A DNA stretch of 64,000 nucleotides, taken from the NCBI RefSeq assembly GCF_006345805.1, contig NC_043011.1:25494464-25558463 (forward strand), in the 5' to 3' direction. Both the position numbers and the translations under genes were made by a program. This document shows, in pieces, positions 11,198 through 24,572 of this stretch. The notes beneath the pieces were generated by a model. That model was given only the letters and a program-made list of their open reading frames with translations, had not been told where the DNA came from and made no database searches. This DNA is from Octopus sinensis. Its lineage: Eukaryota. Each line of letters begins with the position of its first letter. Position 1 is the first letter of the stretch.

Positions 11198-11505
11198 GAG
11201 GCGCAATGCCCAGTGGTTAGGGCAGTGGACTTGCGGTCGTAGGATCGTGGTTTTGATTCCCAGACTGAGCGTTGTGAGTGTTTATTGAGCGAAAACACCT
11301 AAAGCTCCACGAGGCTCTAGTAGGGGGTGGTGGCGATCCCTGCTGTACTCTTTCATCACAACTTTCTCTCGCTCTTGCTTCTGTTGGCTTGCTCGCCTAG
11401 CCAGTGGGGTGGCATCATTTGAAGGCTAAAACAATGCAAAGCGCATTTTGACCAGCGATGCGTAGCAACATCTGATAGCCTGGTCGGTCACAGTGATCAC
11501 GGTGA
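11196..11505 (+). mobile_element. tRNA-headed SINE (family 4 head, tail type i)
   Basis: Head GTGGAGGCGCAATGCCCAGTGGTTAGGGC; body shared with 46383-46692 and 38466-38850. Confidence 0.8.
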
Positions 11506-12623
11506 TATATATATAAATGTTTTAAATATATATTATGTTTTCATCCAAAATGTTTTAAATATATATTGTACTTTCATCCAAAATGGAGACGAACACCATT
11601 CCTCCATGTGGTCAGCTTGAAAAATTAAGATATCAAGATATTTCTGTTTACATGAAACCAATGGTAGCCTTAATGCACAAATAAAGAAATTTTATCCACC
11701 AGTGTGGTGCTGAGCACTCATTCTTGTTGTCTTCTTCTTCCTTCCAGCTGTCAGTGTAAAGAATCCTTTCAATTTCTTTCTAAATTTGGTACAAGGCCAG
11801 CAGTTTTGAAGGGAGGAAGTAAGTCGATTACATGAACCCAAGTACATGAGTGCTACCTTATTTTATTATCCCCTGAAAGCAGGAAATGCAAAGTTGACTT
11901 TGGTGGGATTAAACTCAGAATGTAAAGAGCTAGAAGAAATACCACAAAGCATTCTTCTGATTCACTAAGGATTCTGTCAGTTCACTGTTTGTGGATGAAT
12001 AATTTTAATAACGAGGTTAAAAACAAAGTTATTAAAATTCTTTGAGCAATGATTTTCTGACTTCCATGTATTGATTAGTATGGTAAACAAACAGAAACCT
12101 TAGATGTCATTTACGTGACAGATAAGCTATTTATCAGCTAAGCAGTTTACATTAGGAATGATGTCTGAGAACTATTTTTAGGGTCAATGAAACATGAGAC
12201 ATTACAGCAACTTCAGACAATCTATGCATTAAATTTTGCTATTGTCTTAAGCACCAACATTCTTTACAGATTTCAAAAACTTTGCCTTTTTCACCAGTCA
12301 TTATATTCCCCATCCCACTCTCTATCTACGCTTCTTTGGCAATGACCTGCCACTTATATTATGACCTCCACACCATGAGGGTATACCCTGGCACTTGCCA
12401 CCATCTACCTCTCACTTCCTTTATTCTACCATCCCATTTATATTCTCATCTCCATCCCTTATGAGTATGCCCAGCACTTCACCCCATCTCTCTCCTGCTC
12501 TCTCTTGCATACTTGCTGTCTCCCACTCTCTCTCTTCTTCACTTGCTCTTCCTTCAGACTGGGTAACTATGCATCTTCTTTGCAGCAGTACACCTGTTTC
12601 TGTCCTCATCCTTGATCACTCTT

Positions 12624-12662
<39 letters not shown>

Positions 12663-14504
12663 GGCTGGGTAACCATGTATTTCCTCCACAGCAAGACACC
12701 TGTTTCTGTCTCTCTGCCACAGTCTAACCTTTCATCATCTGACACAAAATCACCTCCTCCAATTCCCCCTCCCCTCTCAAATGGTCTTTGTCTTGCAAGT
12801 TACTCGGTGACTTTGCCAGTGCTGGTGCCACGTAAAAAGTACTCAGTCTACACTGTGAAGTAGTTGACATTTGGAAGGGCATCCAACTGTAAAAACCATG
12901 CCAAAACTGACCTCACCTGTGCTGGTGCCACATAAAAAGCACTCAGTCCACTCTTCTGAGTGGTTAGTGTTAGTAAGGGTATCCAGCTGTAAAAACTACA
13001 CCAAAACAGACACAGAAGTCTGGTGCTGTTTTCTACCTGGCCAACTCCTATCAAACTGTCCAACCCATGGAAAGTGGATCTTATATAATGTTGATGAGGA
13101 TGATGATGATGATGATGAAGTCAGCTGTTTTAAACTGCAAGAACATTTTATGTAACTCTATAAGCCATCTATATATTCAACTCATGTAAATACCTGCTCT
13201 TCCTCTTGGCAAAGAGAATTGGACCACTAATGAAGCTCACTAAATCATTTCAACCCAATAAACAATTGCCAGTCATAGATTAGGAGGCAAAATCCCTTGA
13301 AAATGTGGAATTGAGCCAATTTCAAATGGACCCAAATTATCCTAAGCAAAGCCAAGGTTGCTGTAGAACAAAGGTAAATATCTTAGCTCTGCATGGTAGG
13401 ATAACTGATTCAGTATTAATCCTTGAATTCTTTGATATAGTTGGATGTTGCTCCAGCAAATAAGTGCATATTGCTCTGAAATTGATGATGAATTATGTGA
13501 TTATTCCATTAACTTTATTTATTACGATTGTTTCTAATACAGGTGCAAGGCCTGAAATTTTGGGAGAGGTGAGAGGGTTAGTTGATTGCATTGATTCTAA
13601 GACTTGATTGGTACTTTGTTTTATTGATCTCCCGTTCCCTGGAAGGATAAAAGGCAAATTGGACCTCAGTAGGATTTGAACTCAGAACGTAAAGAGCCAG
13701 TAACACCAGGTCTTTTTTTCCAGTGATTTAATAATTCTGCTATGACGGTCCTTCTATGAAGCATTGATAAGTATAGGCTTGGCTGTGTGATTAAAAAGCT
13801 TGCTTCCCAGCCATGTGGTTTTAAGTTCAGTCTTACAGTGCTGCACCTTTATACCTGTTATTTCAGTACAATCTAATTAAATTGATATTATCATTGTTAG
13901 TTACACTTTCTTCCTAGAATTTTAATTGCTGCTTGACTAGTCAACTTCTTAAGTTTCATGTTGGATGACTTGCTATAATGTTATTCCCATAGTGTGACTT
14001 TCCTTAATCAATTCGTTATTGGTGTTGATATCACATTTATTAAAATTACATGTTTTTGTACTTGTTTTAGAGGAAGTAGTATAACTGGGTGATTTTTCTT
14101 TCAGATGAAATAGACCAGATCTTTGCGATCACCTCCGCTCTGGTTGACTTGAGTGCACTATTTCTAATAGAACACCTTCCTCTTGTTAGATAAGACTTTT
14201 CTGTGTGTGTGTGTGAATGGGTGCTAAAATAGGCTATCAATAAGTCTGTTGTCCTCATTTAAGTTGCTTTTGTAATTCATTATCGTTATCATCATAGTTG
14301 TTGTTGTTGTTGTTGTTTAATGTCCACTTTTCCATGCTTGTATGGGTCAGATAGAATTTGCCGCGGTAAAATTTTCACAGTTGGATGCCCTTTCTGTTGC
14401 CAACCTTCACTTGTTTCCAAGCAATGTAATATTTTCCCTGACCAGATATATTTTTCATGATATATTTTTCAGATATATTTTTCAGATATATTTTTTATAG
14501 AGCA

Positions 14505-14584
14505 TCATTTGTATGACGCTGCATTAAGTGTACTTACACACACACACACGCACACACACACACACACACACACGCACAGGCACG

Positions 14585-14646
<62 letters not shown>

Positions 14647-14984
14647 CCTTCATACATACAAGTTGTGAAATTTGTGTTTTTGTGATCACACATTTGCTGT
14701 AGTCTGCAATTTTGTCATGGATAGAAACACAGAAGCAATGTGAAATATTGTGTTAAACTTGAGAAGTCTGCTGCAGAGACATTGAGCATGCTCTGACAAG
14801 CTTATGGTGATAATGCAATGGGTTATATACAATGTTTTGAGTGGTATAGATGCTTCAAAAGCAGAAGAATGTCTCTGGAAGGAAATGAGCAATCTGGAAG
14901 ACCTGTCACAAGTGTCGCTCTCAGAAATGTGGTATTGTACATGGAGAATTTGTCCCCTAGGACAAATTCTCTATGCACAATATA

Positions 14985-15020
<36 letters not shown>

Positions 15021-15046
15021 TGTATGTATGTATGTATGTATGTATG

Positions 15047-15078
<32 letters not shown>

Positions 15079-15194
15079 TGTATGTGTATGTATGTATGTA
15101 TGTATGTATGTATGTATGTATGTATGCATGCATGTATGTATGTATGTATGTATGTATGTATGTATGTATGTATGTATGTATGTATGTATGTATG

Positions 15195-15226
<32 letters not shown>

Positions 15227-15252
15227 TGTATGTATGTATGTATGTATGTATG

Positions 15253-15284
<32 letters not shown>

Positions 15285-15290
15285 TGTATG

Positions 15291-15324
<34 letters not shown>

Positions 15325-15430
15325 TGTATGTATGTATGTATGTATGTGTATGTATGTATGTATGTATGTATGTATGTATGTATGTGTATGTATGTATGTA
15401 TGTATGTATGTATGTATGTATGTATGTATG

Positions 15431-15466
<36 letters not shown>

Positions 15467-15484
15467 TGTATGTATGTATGTATG

Positions 15485-15516
<32 letters not shown>

Positions 15517-15522
15517 TGTATG

Positions 15523-15554
<32 letters not shown>

Positions 15555-15560
15555 TGTATG

Positions 15561-15596
<36 letters not shown>

Positions 15597-15598
15597 TG

Positions 15599-15630
<32 letters not shown>

Positions 15631-15934
15631 TGTATGTATGTATGTATGTGTATGTATGTATGTATGTATGTATGTATGTATGTATGTATGTATGTGTATG
15701 TATGTGTATGTATGTATGTATGTATGTATGTATGTATGTATGTATGTATGTGTGTATGTATGTATGTGTGTGTATGTATGTATGTATGTATGTATGTATG
15801 TATGTATGTATGTATGTATGTATGTATGTATGTATATATATGTATGTATGTATATATATATATGTATGTATGAATGTATGTATGTATGTATGTATGTATG
15901 TATGTATGTATATATATATATGTATGTATGTATG

Positions 15935-15970
<36 letters not shown>

Positions 15971-16022
15971 TGTATGTATGTATGTATGTATGTATGTATG
16001 TATATATATATATGTATGTATG

Positions 16023-16066
<44 letters not shown>

Positions 16067-16733
16067 CATACACACACACAATGGGCCTCTTTCAGTTTTC
16101 TTCACAGAACTCTGGTCAACCCAGGGCTATAGTAAAAGACACTTGGCCAAGGTGCTGCACTGTAAGACTGAACCCAAAACCACATGGTTGGGAAGCAAGC
16201 TTTTTAATCACACAGCCAAGCCTGTACCTATCAATGCTTCATAGAAGGACCGCCATAGCAGAATTCTCCCCTAGGACAAATCAAGAGTTCTACTGCAACA
16301 TTTTGAAGCACTTGGGGGAGGACATTTGGCAAAAGTGACTGGATCTGTGGATTCTTCACAATGACAACGCACCTTGTCACAGAGCTCTTCTCACTCATGA
16401 GTTTCTTACCTGAAACATGGTATCACTTCCACATTCACCCTATTCACCAGATTTAGTACCTGTAGACTTCCGTCTCTTCCCTAAGATGAAAATGCAGCTC
16501 AAAGATCGCCGTTCTAACACTGTTGTTGAAATCAAGAGTGAATCGCAGAAGGTCCTCGACTCACTTACAGAAAATGACTTCCTGGCCGAAGTCCAAAAGT
16601 GGCAGGAACACTGGGACAGGTATATTGTTCTGCAAGGTGACTATTTCAAAGGAGATAACGTTAAAACTTAGGTAAATAAGTTATTTTTTGCTAAACATAA
16701 CTAGTCAGGGAACCTTTTAATACTGCTTCGTGT
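14505..16733 (+). mobile_element. Decayed mariner (Tc1/mariner) element with internal deletion, microsatellite and SINE insertions
   Basis: N-terminal [36 protein letters not shown] at 14730-14910; C-terminal WILHNDNAPCH and PHSPYSPDLVPVDFRLFPKMK..GDYFKG at 16345-16670; several stop codons; degenerate TIRs. Confidence 0.85.
14981..16060. repeat. About 1.05-kb (TATG)n microsatellite
   Basis: Read directly; it is the source of the long YVCM/HTYI pseudo-ORFs. Confidence 0.98.
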
Positions 16734-16843
16734 GTATATATAAATATATATATGTACAGGGTTCAAGGTTATGGTTCACCACAATTTATACACATGTATA
16801 TATACATATGTTCATATATGTGTGTGTGTGTATATATATATGT

Positions 16844-16902
<59 letters not shown>

Positions 16903-16934
16903 CGTGTGTGTGTGTACATATAATATGTATATAT

Positions 16935-16965
<31 letters not shown>

Positions 16966-16976
16966 TAATAATAATA

Positions 16977-18846
16977 TCACTGTCACCACTCCTCTTTTGT
17001 TTAGCCTTAATACCTCTCTCAAAACTGCTCAATGACGTGCAGTATGGGTATAAAATGTTTGATAAAAAATATAAATCATCTCATCTACATGGATGATTTA
17101 AAGCTTTTGCAAAAAATGACCAACAACTCAAGGGCTTACTAGCGATAGTCAAACAATTCAGTGACGACATCAGAATGCAATTTGGCTTCGATAAATGTGC
17201 AAAAGCTACCTTTATCAAAGGAAAAATGACAGAAACATCTAATGTTAACATTGACCAGCAAAATGTCATAAAAGAACTAGACCCAGCGGGGAACTACAAG
17301 TACCTAGGGGTAATTGAAGGGGACGGAATAAGGCATTCAGAGATGAAGGGAAAGGATCAGGAGAGGATCAGGAGAGAATGTTATCGAAGAGTGAGAGCAA
17401 TACTCAAGACAGAGCTGAATGCAAGAAACAGGATTGAAGCGATCAATGCATTAGCCATACCGGTCGTGACTTACAGTTTCAATATCGTAAACTGGTCAAT
17501 TACTGAAATATGTCAGCTTGACAGAAAAATACAAAAACTGTTGACAATGCATAGAATGCACCACCCTAAGGCAGATACAGAACAACTTTATCTGCCAAGA
17601 AAAGAGGGAGGCCGTGGTCTTTTACAACTGGCAATAACAATGAAGATTGCTACAATTGGCCAAGACACCTACCTGAAAAAGTCTGAGGACTGGATGTTAA
17701 AACTTGTCTCAAAACATGAAAACAAGAAAGCATCATACTCAGTAACAAAACAGGCAAAGGAATATCTAAGTGAATTCCGAATAGAACAAATTTCGGAATT
17801 AGAGATAGTCATACAAGAAACAAGCACATGAAAACCCGTGCCAAAACTGCGGCCTTAGATATTCTGAATAATAAATGGCAAGAAAAACCTCTCTATGGCA
17901 AATACCCAAAGAGAGCGAACAATGCAGATATTGACAAAGCCCTGACCCATCAATGGCTAATGGCCTCTGGCTTAAAATCTGAAACAGAAGGGTTTATCAT
18001 AGCAGCTCAAGATCAATACCTACCAACAAGAAACTACCAGGCCAACATATTAAAGAACGGCAGTAGCCCAACATGTCGTGTATGTCGACAACAAAATGAA
18101 ACCATTGATCATGTTGTCTCCAAGTGCAGTCTTCTAGCGCCTAGAGAGTACCTCAACAGGCATGATAGAGCTACACAATATATTCACTGGGTAATTTGCA
18201 AAAACCTGGATTTGTCCCATGAAAAAAACTGGTGGGAACACAATCAACCTCCAGTGCTTGAAAATGACCACATCTCACTCCTCTAGAACTTCACCATTCA
18301 AACTGACAGAAAAATAGATGCAAACAGGCCAGACATCATATTGAAAGACTTCAGACAAAGAACATGCCTCCTCATTGATATGACTGTCCCAATCGATATA
18401 AACGTATCTGTCAAGACCTACCAAAAACTGAGCAAATATAAAGATCTTGAAATAGAAATCAGCAAAATGTGGAACCTGAAGACTAAAACAATACCTGTTG
18501 TCATAGGTGCCCTGGGAATGATAGCGAAAGGGGCTGATTGCTACCTAACTCAGATACCAGGAAACCCCAAAATGGCAGAAATTCAAAAGATAGTGCTCAT
18601 GGGAACTGCTCATATCCTATGCAAAATACTCTCTATGTAATCTCAAGGTTTAAAACAAATTTTTTTTTTTTAAATTTATTTATTAGACATTCACTAGTAC
18701 AACACCAAAATAACCCCACCAAATATATGGCACACTAGGCATAACAACAACGTGAACTTCCAACCTGTTGAGTCTTGAGGTCTCTGGGTGAGACTTGGAG
18801 CCAACTTGTACAAACATAAAGCAAAAGTCAAACAAAGAATAATAAC

Positions 18847-18890
<44 letters not shown>
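16977..18890 (+). mobile_element. 5'-truncated R4/Dong-clade non-LTR retrotransposon (RT, CCHC knuckle, restriction-like endonuclease)
   Basis: LSPLLF..YMDDLK, FGFDKC, YKYLG, LYLPRKEGGRGL, CRVC-x8-H-x4-C, RPDII..IDMTVP..KLSKY; frameshifts at about 17070 and 17828, TAG at 18284-18286; (TAA)n on both sides. Confidence 0.9.
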
Positions 18891-18893
<3 letters not shown>

Positions 18894-19153
18894 TAAAGAG
18901 TAACAATAAAAGAATGAGACCTCGATATTAGATAAATAGAGGATTATTTATGTATGTTATAATTTAGTAAAAACAGTAAAAGGTTGTTATTATAGTACTC
19001 GGAGTTTCGAATGTTGGAGTGAAGAGCTACAATACATTCTGGTCGGCTATTAATGGTAACAGATGCTATAATGTAAATAATGTAATAAGCCTAGTGTAGA
19101 ACTCAATATACATATGCTTCTGAACAAAGTATTAGTCGAGTACAGAGCAGTAA

Positions 19154-19537
19154 TCTCTCTATATATAAACGGCAGTTTGTCTGTGCGTGTTTCTGTGTGT
19201 CTGTTTGCTTGTACCCTCACCCTGACCACGGCTTTCAACCGATTCTGATGAAACTTGACACACACATAGCCCAATGTCATAATTCAAAACTAACGCAGTG
19301 AAAATTTTGAAAAGTTCCTCCAGTTCTGAAAAAAATCGATAAATTCGACATGGGGTCGAGAATCAGAAACACGAACCACAAACTGTCTAGGGGACGCAAC
19401 TCCACCTTTTTTAAATCTCAAAAAAAATTTACCATCATTTTTTTCCATTTTTTTGCTATTTTTTGGCTATAACTCTCTAAAAATGCTTTATAGTTATTTC
19501 CCTTACAAACCTGAGCAACGCCGGGCGATACTGCTAG
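19154..19537 (+). mobile_element. Non-autonomous Helitron
   Basis: 5' TC, 3' GC-rich hairpin region (CTGAGCAACGCCGGG) followed by CTAG; inserted between A and T with no TSD. Confidence 0.75.
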
Positions 19538-20655
19538 TAATAAAATAAAATGACAAAGGAATAAACGATTATCTTATGAACTGCATTAGCTAACAGCTGT
19601 TTCTGCTATAAGATGCAGTGACATTTTTAAAAATTTAATTCTATAACTTTTTTTTTTTACCTTTCTCATGGCACTAACTTCAAATTATAATGGTGATTAT
19701 ATGGATAGTAATTATGATGAAATTTATTCTGGCATTGTTTAGGTAAAGATGGCTTTCATTTTTTCTTAGATGGACATAGCATACCCAAGACTGCATTATT
19801 CAATGTGTCTTTTCCCTTTTTATATTCCGACAATGAGAGTATGAATTGAAGGTTTGGCAGCTATTTCTAACAGCCCAGCTGTCATGAAATGGCTTCTTCT
19901 GATGATGATGGTGATGATGATAGTGAATGTGATAAAGATGAATAAATGATGATAATGACAATGACAGTGGTTGTAGTGGTGGTGATGGTGGTGGTGATGG
20001 TAGTCGTGTTGGTCAGTGGCAGACTGGGTCTAAAAATATTGGTTGCCAGGAGACTAAGAGGACCCACCCACAACTACAAGGGGGCCCACCTGCAACTACA
20101 ATGCAGTATTCTTTTCAACTGTCTACAAACACAGCCAGGCTGAAATAATTAATGCATTCTTCAGGAGTGAATAAAAAATTCTCAAACTTGAGCTCCTTAG
20201 ATACTAATATGGGCCTCCATATATGTATTCTAATTGCACAAGGGCCCACTTGCCATCGGGCAAGCTGGTAACCTGGCCAGTCCGCCAATGGTGTTGGTAT
20301 TGTTGTTGGTGGCAGTTGTGGCGATGGTGTTGTAGTGAAGGTGATAACGATGATGTTAATCATGATGTTGATGATGATGATGATGGTGGTGGTAGTGGTA
20401 GTGGTGGTGATGGTGGTGGTAGTGATGTTAGTGGCAGTGGAGTGATTGTGATTATGATGGCGGTGGTGGTGATAGTTACAAGGTGGTAGTGATGATGATG
20501 ATAATAATATAGATAGTGGTGGTGGTTGAGGTGATAGTGGTAGTGGTAATGGGGGTGATGGTGGTGGTGGTGGTGGTGGTGATGGTGGCAGTGGTGATGT
20601 TGATGATGATGATAGTGATGGTTTGTAGCGGTGGTGGTGGTGGTGGTGGTGGTAG

Positions 20656-20686
<31 letters not shown>

Positions 20687-21058
20687 AATGATGAGGGAGA
20701 AGAGGAAGAGGTTAATGTGGGTGGTGATGATGATGATGATGATGATGATGATATTGGTGCTTGTTTGCTGAGTTAGTATGGTTGGAAGTGTTGGAGTTCG
20801 TGGCAATGGTGGCCGTAATGGAAGTGAAGTTTGTGTTAGCTGACAAACAAGGGATGTGACAGTGATAATAATATCTAAATCATCTCTGCTACATACTTCC
20901 AAATATTTGCTTATAATACCAGACTGTGTTACCTGAACGTGTCTGTCAGCCACATAAATGGGTTTTTCACAAGGATTCTCGACTTCTCCAAAAATATCTT
21001 CAAACAAATCTACATATTTTTTAAAGTAAAAAATCATCATTACTCTCTTCTGTTATTA

Positions 21059-21105
<47 letters not shown>

Positions 21106-21240
21106 GTAACAACAAAGGTGTGTTAAGTGTTCCATTTGGTCACATCACCAATCTGTTTGATTACCTCTTCAGTACGGCGCTGCCATGAACCACCTCTACC
21201 TGTTTGCACCAAATTAAGGGGGTAAATCTTACAGACACAT

Positions 21241-21303
<63 letters not shown>

Positions 21304-21869
21304 TACATACACACACCTGTAACAAGTTTATTTTCTCCCTACAATTTGTTTTCTCCATTCGTCTTCTCCTCCATCCTCTTTCCTCCTTCACTACCAGCAC
21401 CACCACACACCACCACTACCACACATCACAACTGCCACCATCACCACCACTATTACTAGCACCTACACTACTACCACAACCACACCTGCCACCATTGCTG
21501 CCAGCACTAGCATCAGCAACAGCACCAGCACCACTACCAATACCACCACCACCACCTCTACTGCCACTGTCACTGCTACCACCACTACCACCACCACCAC
21601 CACCTCTACTGCCACTGTCACTGCCACCACCACCACCACCACCACTAAAACACAGTACAGTTATTGCAGTAGTCTAATGTATCATCTATACTGGACATCA
21701 CTTTAACAACACAGTGTATGTAGCTAGAGAAGTCAACACCCTCTTTTAAAGAATTGAGTATTACACCTTCCTTTAAGGAACCCTAAAATTTAAGGATCTG
21801 TACACCTTCTCAAAGGGATTGTACCTTTAACTACTGGAACACATAACCTCAACTCATTGAGCCCTCAAC

Positions 21870-21917
21870 ATGGCAGAAAAGATGTGGGATAATTTACTCC
21901 AATGTATATTTTTACAG
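21870..21917 (+). CDS. EB/EGF-like module protein, coding exon 1 (start of signal peptide)
   Basis: ATG at 21870, MAEKMWDNLLQCIFLQ, then a strong donor CAG|GTAATT in phase 0. Joins exon 2 to give a hydrophobic signal peptide. Confidence 0.65.
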
Positions 21918-24538
21918 GTAATTACTGCAATTATTGTACAGATAACACTGTAACAATTTTTTTTGTTACTCCCTATTTGCTTCTATCAAGAAATCAAAGG
22001 AAATGCTTTTGTGACCTGGACATCAATGCTTTGAAACTGACTTATTTTCTCATTATATTTCAGACAGATATTCAGTGCTGAGTTGCTGAAGCAAAAATAT
22101 TGATATAGCAAATATTCTGCTCAATACCACAAATTTGTTTGTAAGTTGCTTGACCGTAAACACTTGAGTATGTCCATTAGTGGCTGACAATATATGCTTC
22201 TCTTATCATGAGCAGGAGCAGTTGGGGAGCATCATAGTGATGTGTTGAGAGGGATTCTTTTGGATTTGAATAAATATCATAACAAAAGCAAAGTTTGAAG
22301 GAATATTAGCCATTTTTCATATTTTCTAGAGGTAAGCAAATAGGAAATAAGAGTTGCTACTCAAGGACAAAAATCGTGTTACACATTGTAATTATTTCTT
22401 AATCTTCTTTAAATTAGTGGCATAGTAAAAGTTTCCAGTGCCTGAGGGTTGGGTTGTAAAATCACTTCTAGTGCTCCCACCAAGACAGGTTTGATAGATC
22501 CAGAGGAAATGTTGTGTGCCTTTATACCTGAAGCTGGAGTTGCCTGACCTTTTCTCATTTTCTCACTTGTCCTCTGGTTTATATTCATAACAAATATATT
22601 TTTATCTTTTAATTGTTTTAGTGATTTAACTGTGGCCATACAAGGGCACCACCTTGAAGGGCTTGAGTCATGCAAATTGACCCTAAGCCTATTTTCATTT
22701 TGTTTTTAAAGCCTGGTACTTATTTTATTGAACTTTTTTGTCGAATTGCTAATTTACTGGGGCATAAACACACCAACACTGGTTGTCAAGTGGTGGTGGT
22801 GGGGGACAAACACAGACACAAAGACACACATACATAAAAATATACATATACATACATACATATACATATATATAAATACATATATATATATATATAATGG
22901 GCTTTCAGTTTCTATCTGCCAAATCCACTCACTAGACATTAGTTGCCTTGAGGCTATAGTAGACAACACTTGCCCAAGGTGCCACATAGTGGGGTTGAAC
23001 CCAGAACCATGTGGTTGGTAAGCAAGCTTCTTACCACACAGTCATGGTTATTTCTATTTTATGTTTTTTTTTATAAAATTTTTTCTGCCTTCCAGGGTGA
23101 CCATCACCCTGGGAGGAAACTTTTCCTTAGACCAGAGAATTGAACTGAAAAAGCTTGTAACAGGATCAAGGGCCAGGTGATAGAGTTAACCTTTTAGAAT
23201 TTAAACCAGCCACATCCAGCTCAAATATTCTGTTTTATGTTCACACTGACTAGATCTGGCTTCTTACACCTACCTTACAATGTCGTTATAAAAATAAACA
23301 ATCACATCATCAAATTATCAAAGTCATGAGATAATGCATGGTTAATCCAAAACAATGTGAATAGATAAGCATTATATTTGAGAGAGTAATCTGAATGCTA
23401 ATGGCTTAAACTAGGTAACAAAGTAAGTGTTAACAATAGTTATGGACTTATTTGTACAGATATAGTCCATACAATAAGCCTTTGCACAAATTTCATAATC
23501 TACACACTTTTATTGGCAAGGGTTGGGTTTATTTGAGATTTTCATTAAAGGCATTTCCACAAAATTCCACACAACTGGATCAAATCTTGAAACTGGAACT
23601 ACATATTCTGGAGCTAATTCCTTAATTAGCTGATCATATTTGCACTTAAGCTGAAACAACGGAAGAAAAAATGTAGATGAGTGATTTTTAATCAGGGTAC
23701 TGTTATATCTTAGTGATGGCATAAAGCATTTGCTAGATATTTTGTTCCTAATATATGCACTATGCCAGAAGTTGTGTGTGTGTGTGTTGAATAAATTGAC
23801 CCTGATTTTTGACTTGCATTTGTTTTATTGATCCCCGGAAGAAGGACAAAAGGCAAAGTTTATCTTGGCGGGATTTGAATTCTTTAGTTTCTAGAAAGAC
23901 TAAAGAATCCTCTCTGTTCCATGTTGTCTCCATTTGTTTAGAACAATGTAATTAAGAGAGCGAGAGTGTGTGAGATAGATACTTAGATAATAAATAGATA
24001 GATAGGTATAGAGAGAGGGAGGAAGAGAGAGAGAGAGAGAGAGATGAAAGAGAATAGAAATAGAAAAATGGCACAAGTGGTATGATAGGAGAATAGCAAT
24101 TGGAGTGAATGAGAATGATGGAAGAAGGAAGGATAGTGTGTGAGAGAGAGAGAGATAGAGAGCGAGGGAGAGAAATGGAGGCAAAGAAGTCTGTCATAAA
24201 CCCTAGGGCTCATAAAACTGGACCTTAACCTGGTTTCCATAGCATGGCATATCATATAAGGGATGAGATTACAACACTTACCCTGCACTGGACAAAAATC
24301 ATGTTACAGTGGGTAATTACCAAAACAAAACTAAAAAAACGCAACTAAAACAACTACCAAAACTGGTACCAAATGTTATTTTCTATATCTGACAAGATAA
24401 GGAGAATAGATTAGTTGTATGTCATCAGCCTTAGATTGGTAAACAGAATCGGAAAAGATCAGCATTTAATGTTTTTAATCATAATGCCTAATCTTTTTTT
24501 TCTTTTATAATTTATGTATGTGTTCCTTTTCTTTACAG

Positions 24539-24572
24539 GTTTTGTTACTATTTCCATTAATATCTGCTCAAG
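24539..24572 (+). CDS. EB/EGF-like module protein, exon 2 (end of signal peptide)
   Basis: Polypyrimidine acceptor CTTTTCTTTACAG, VLLLFPLISAQ(G), donor AAG|GTAAGA. Runs phase 0 to phase 1, matching the phase-1 start of the next exon. Confidence 0.7.

Noticed and set aside
13265-13375. Exon-like frames on both strands (EAKSLENVELSQF.. plus; DNLGPFEIGSIPHF..* minus)
   Set aside because: Mutually overlapping, short and unidentifiable; not enough support for either.
18990-19700. GAAAC-TCCGA-GTA and GAAAC-AGCT-GTT hammerhead-like halves on the minus strand
   Set aside because: The CUGANGA core is missing or mutated; at most decayed remnants. Likewise about 49395-49460, which has CAAAC instead of GAAAC.
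20223-20776. Poly-G/D/V plus-strand ORFs, and poly-P/H ORF 21204-21677
   Set aside because: Encoded by (GGT)n, (GAT)n and (CCA)n tracts with no splice support.
22062-22140. AG...GTAAGT exon-like segment in EB intron 1
   Set aside because: Stops in all three frames, and it appears to be part of a dispersed repeat; the GTAAGT is coincidental.
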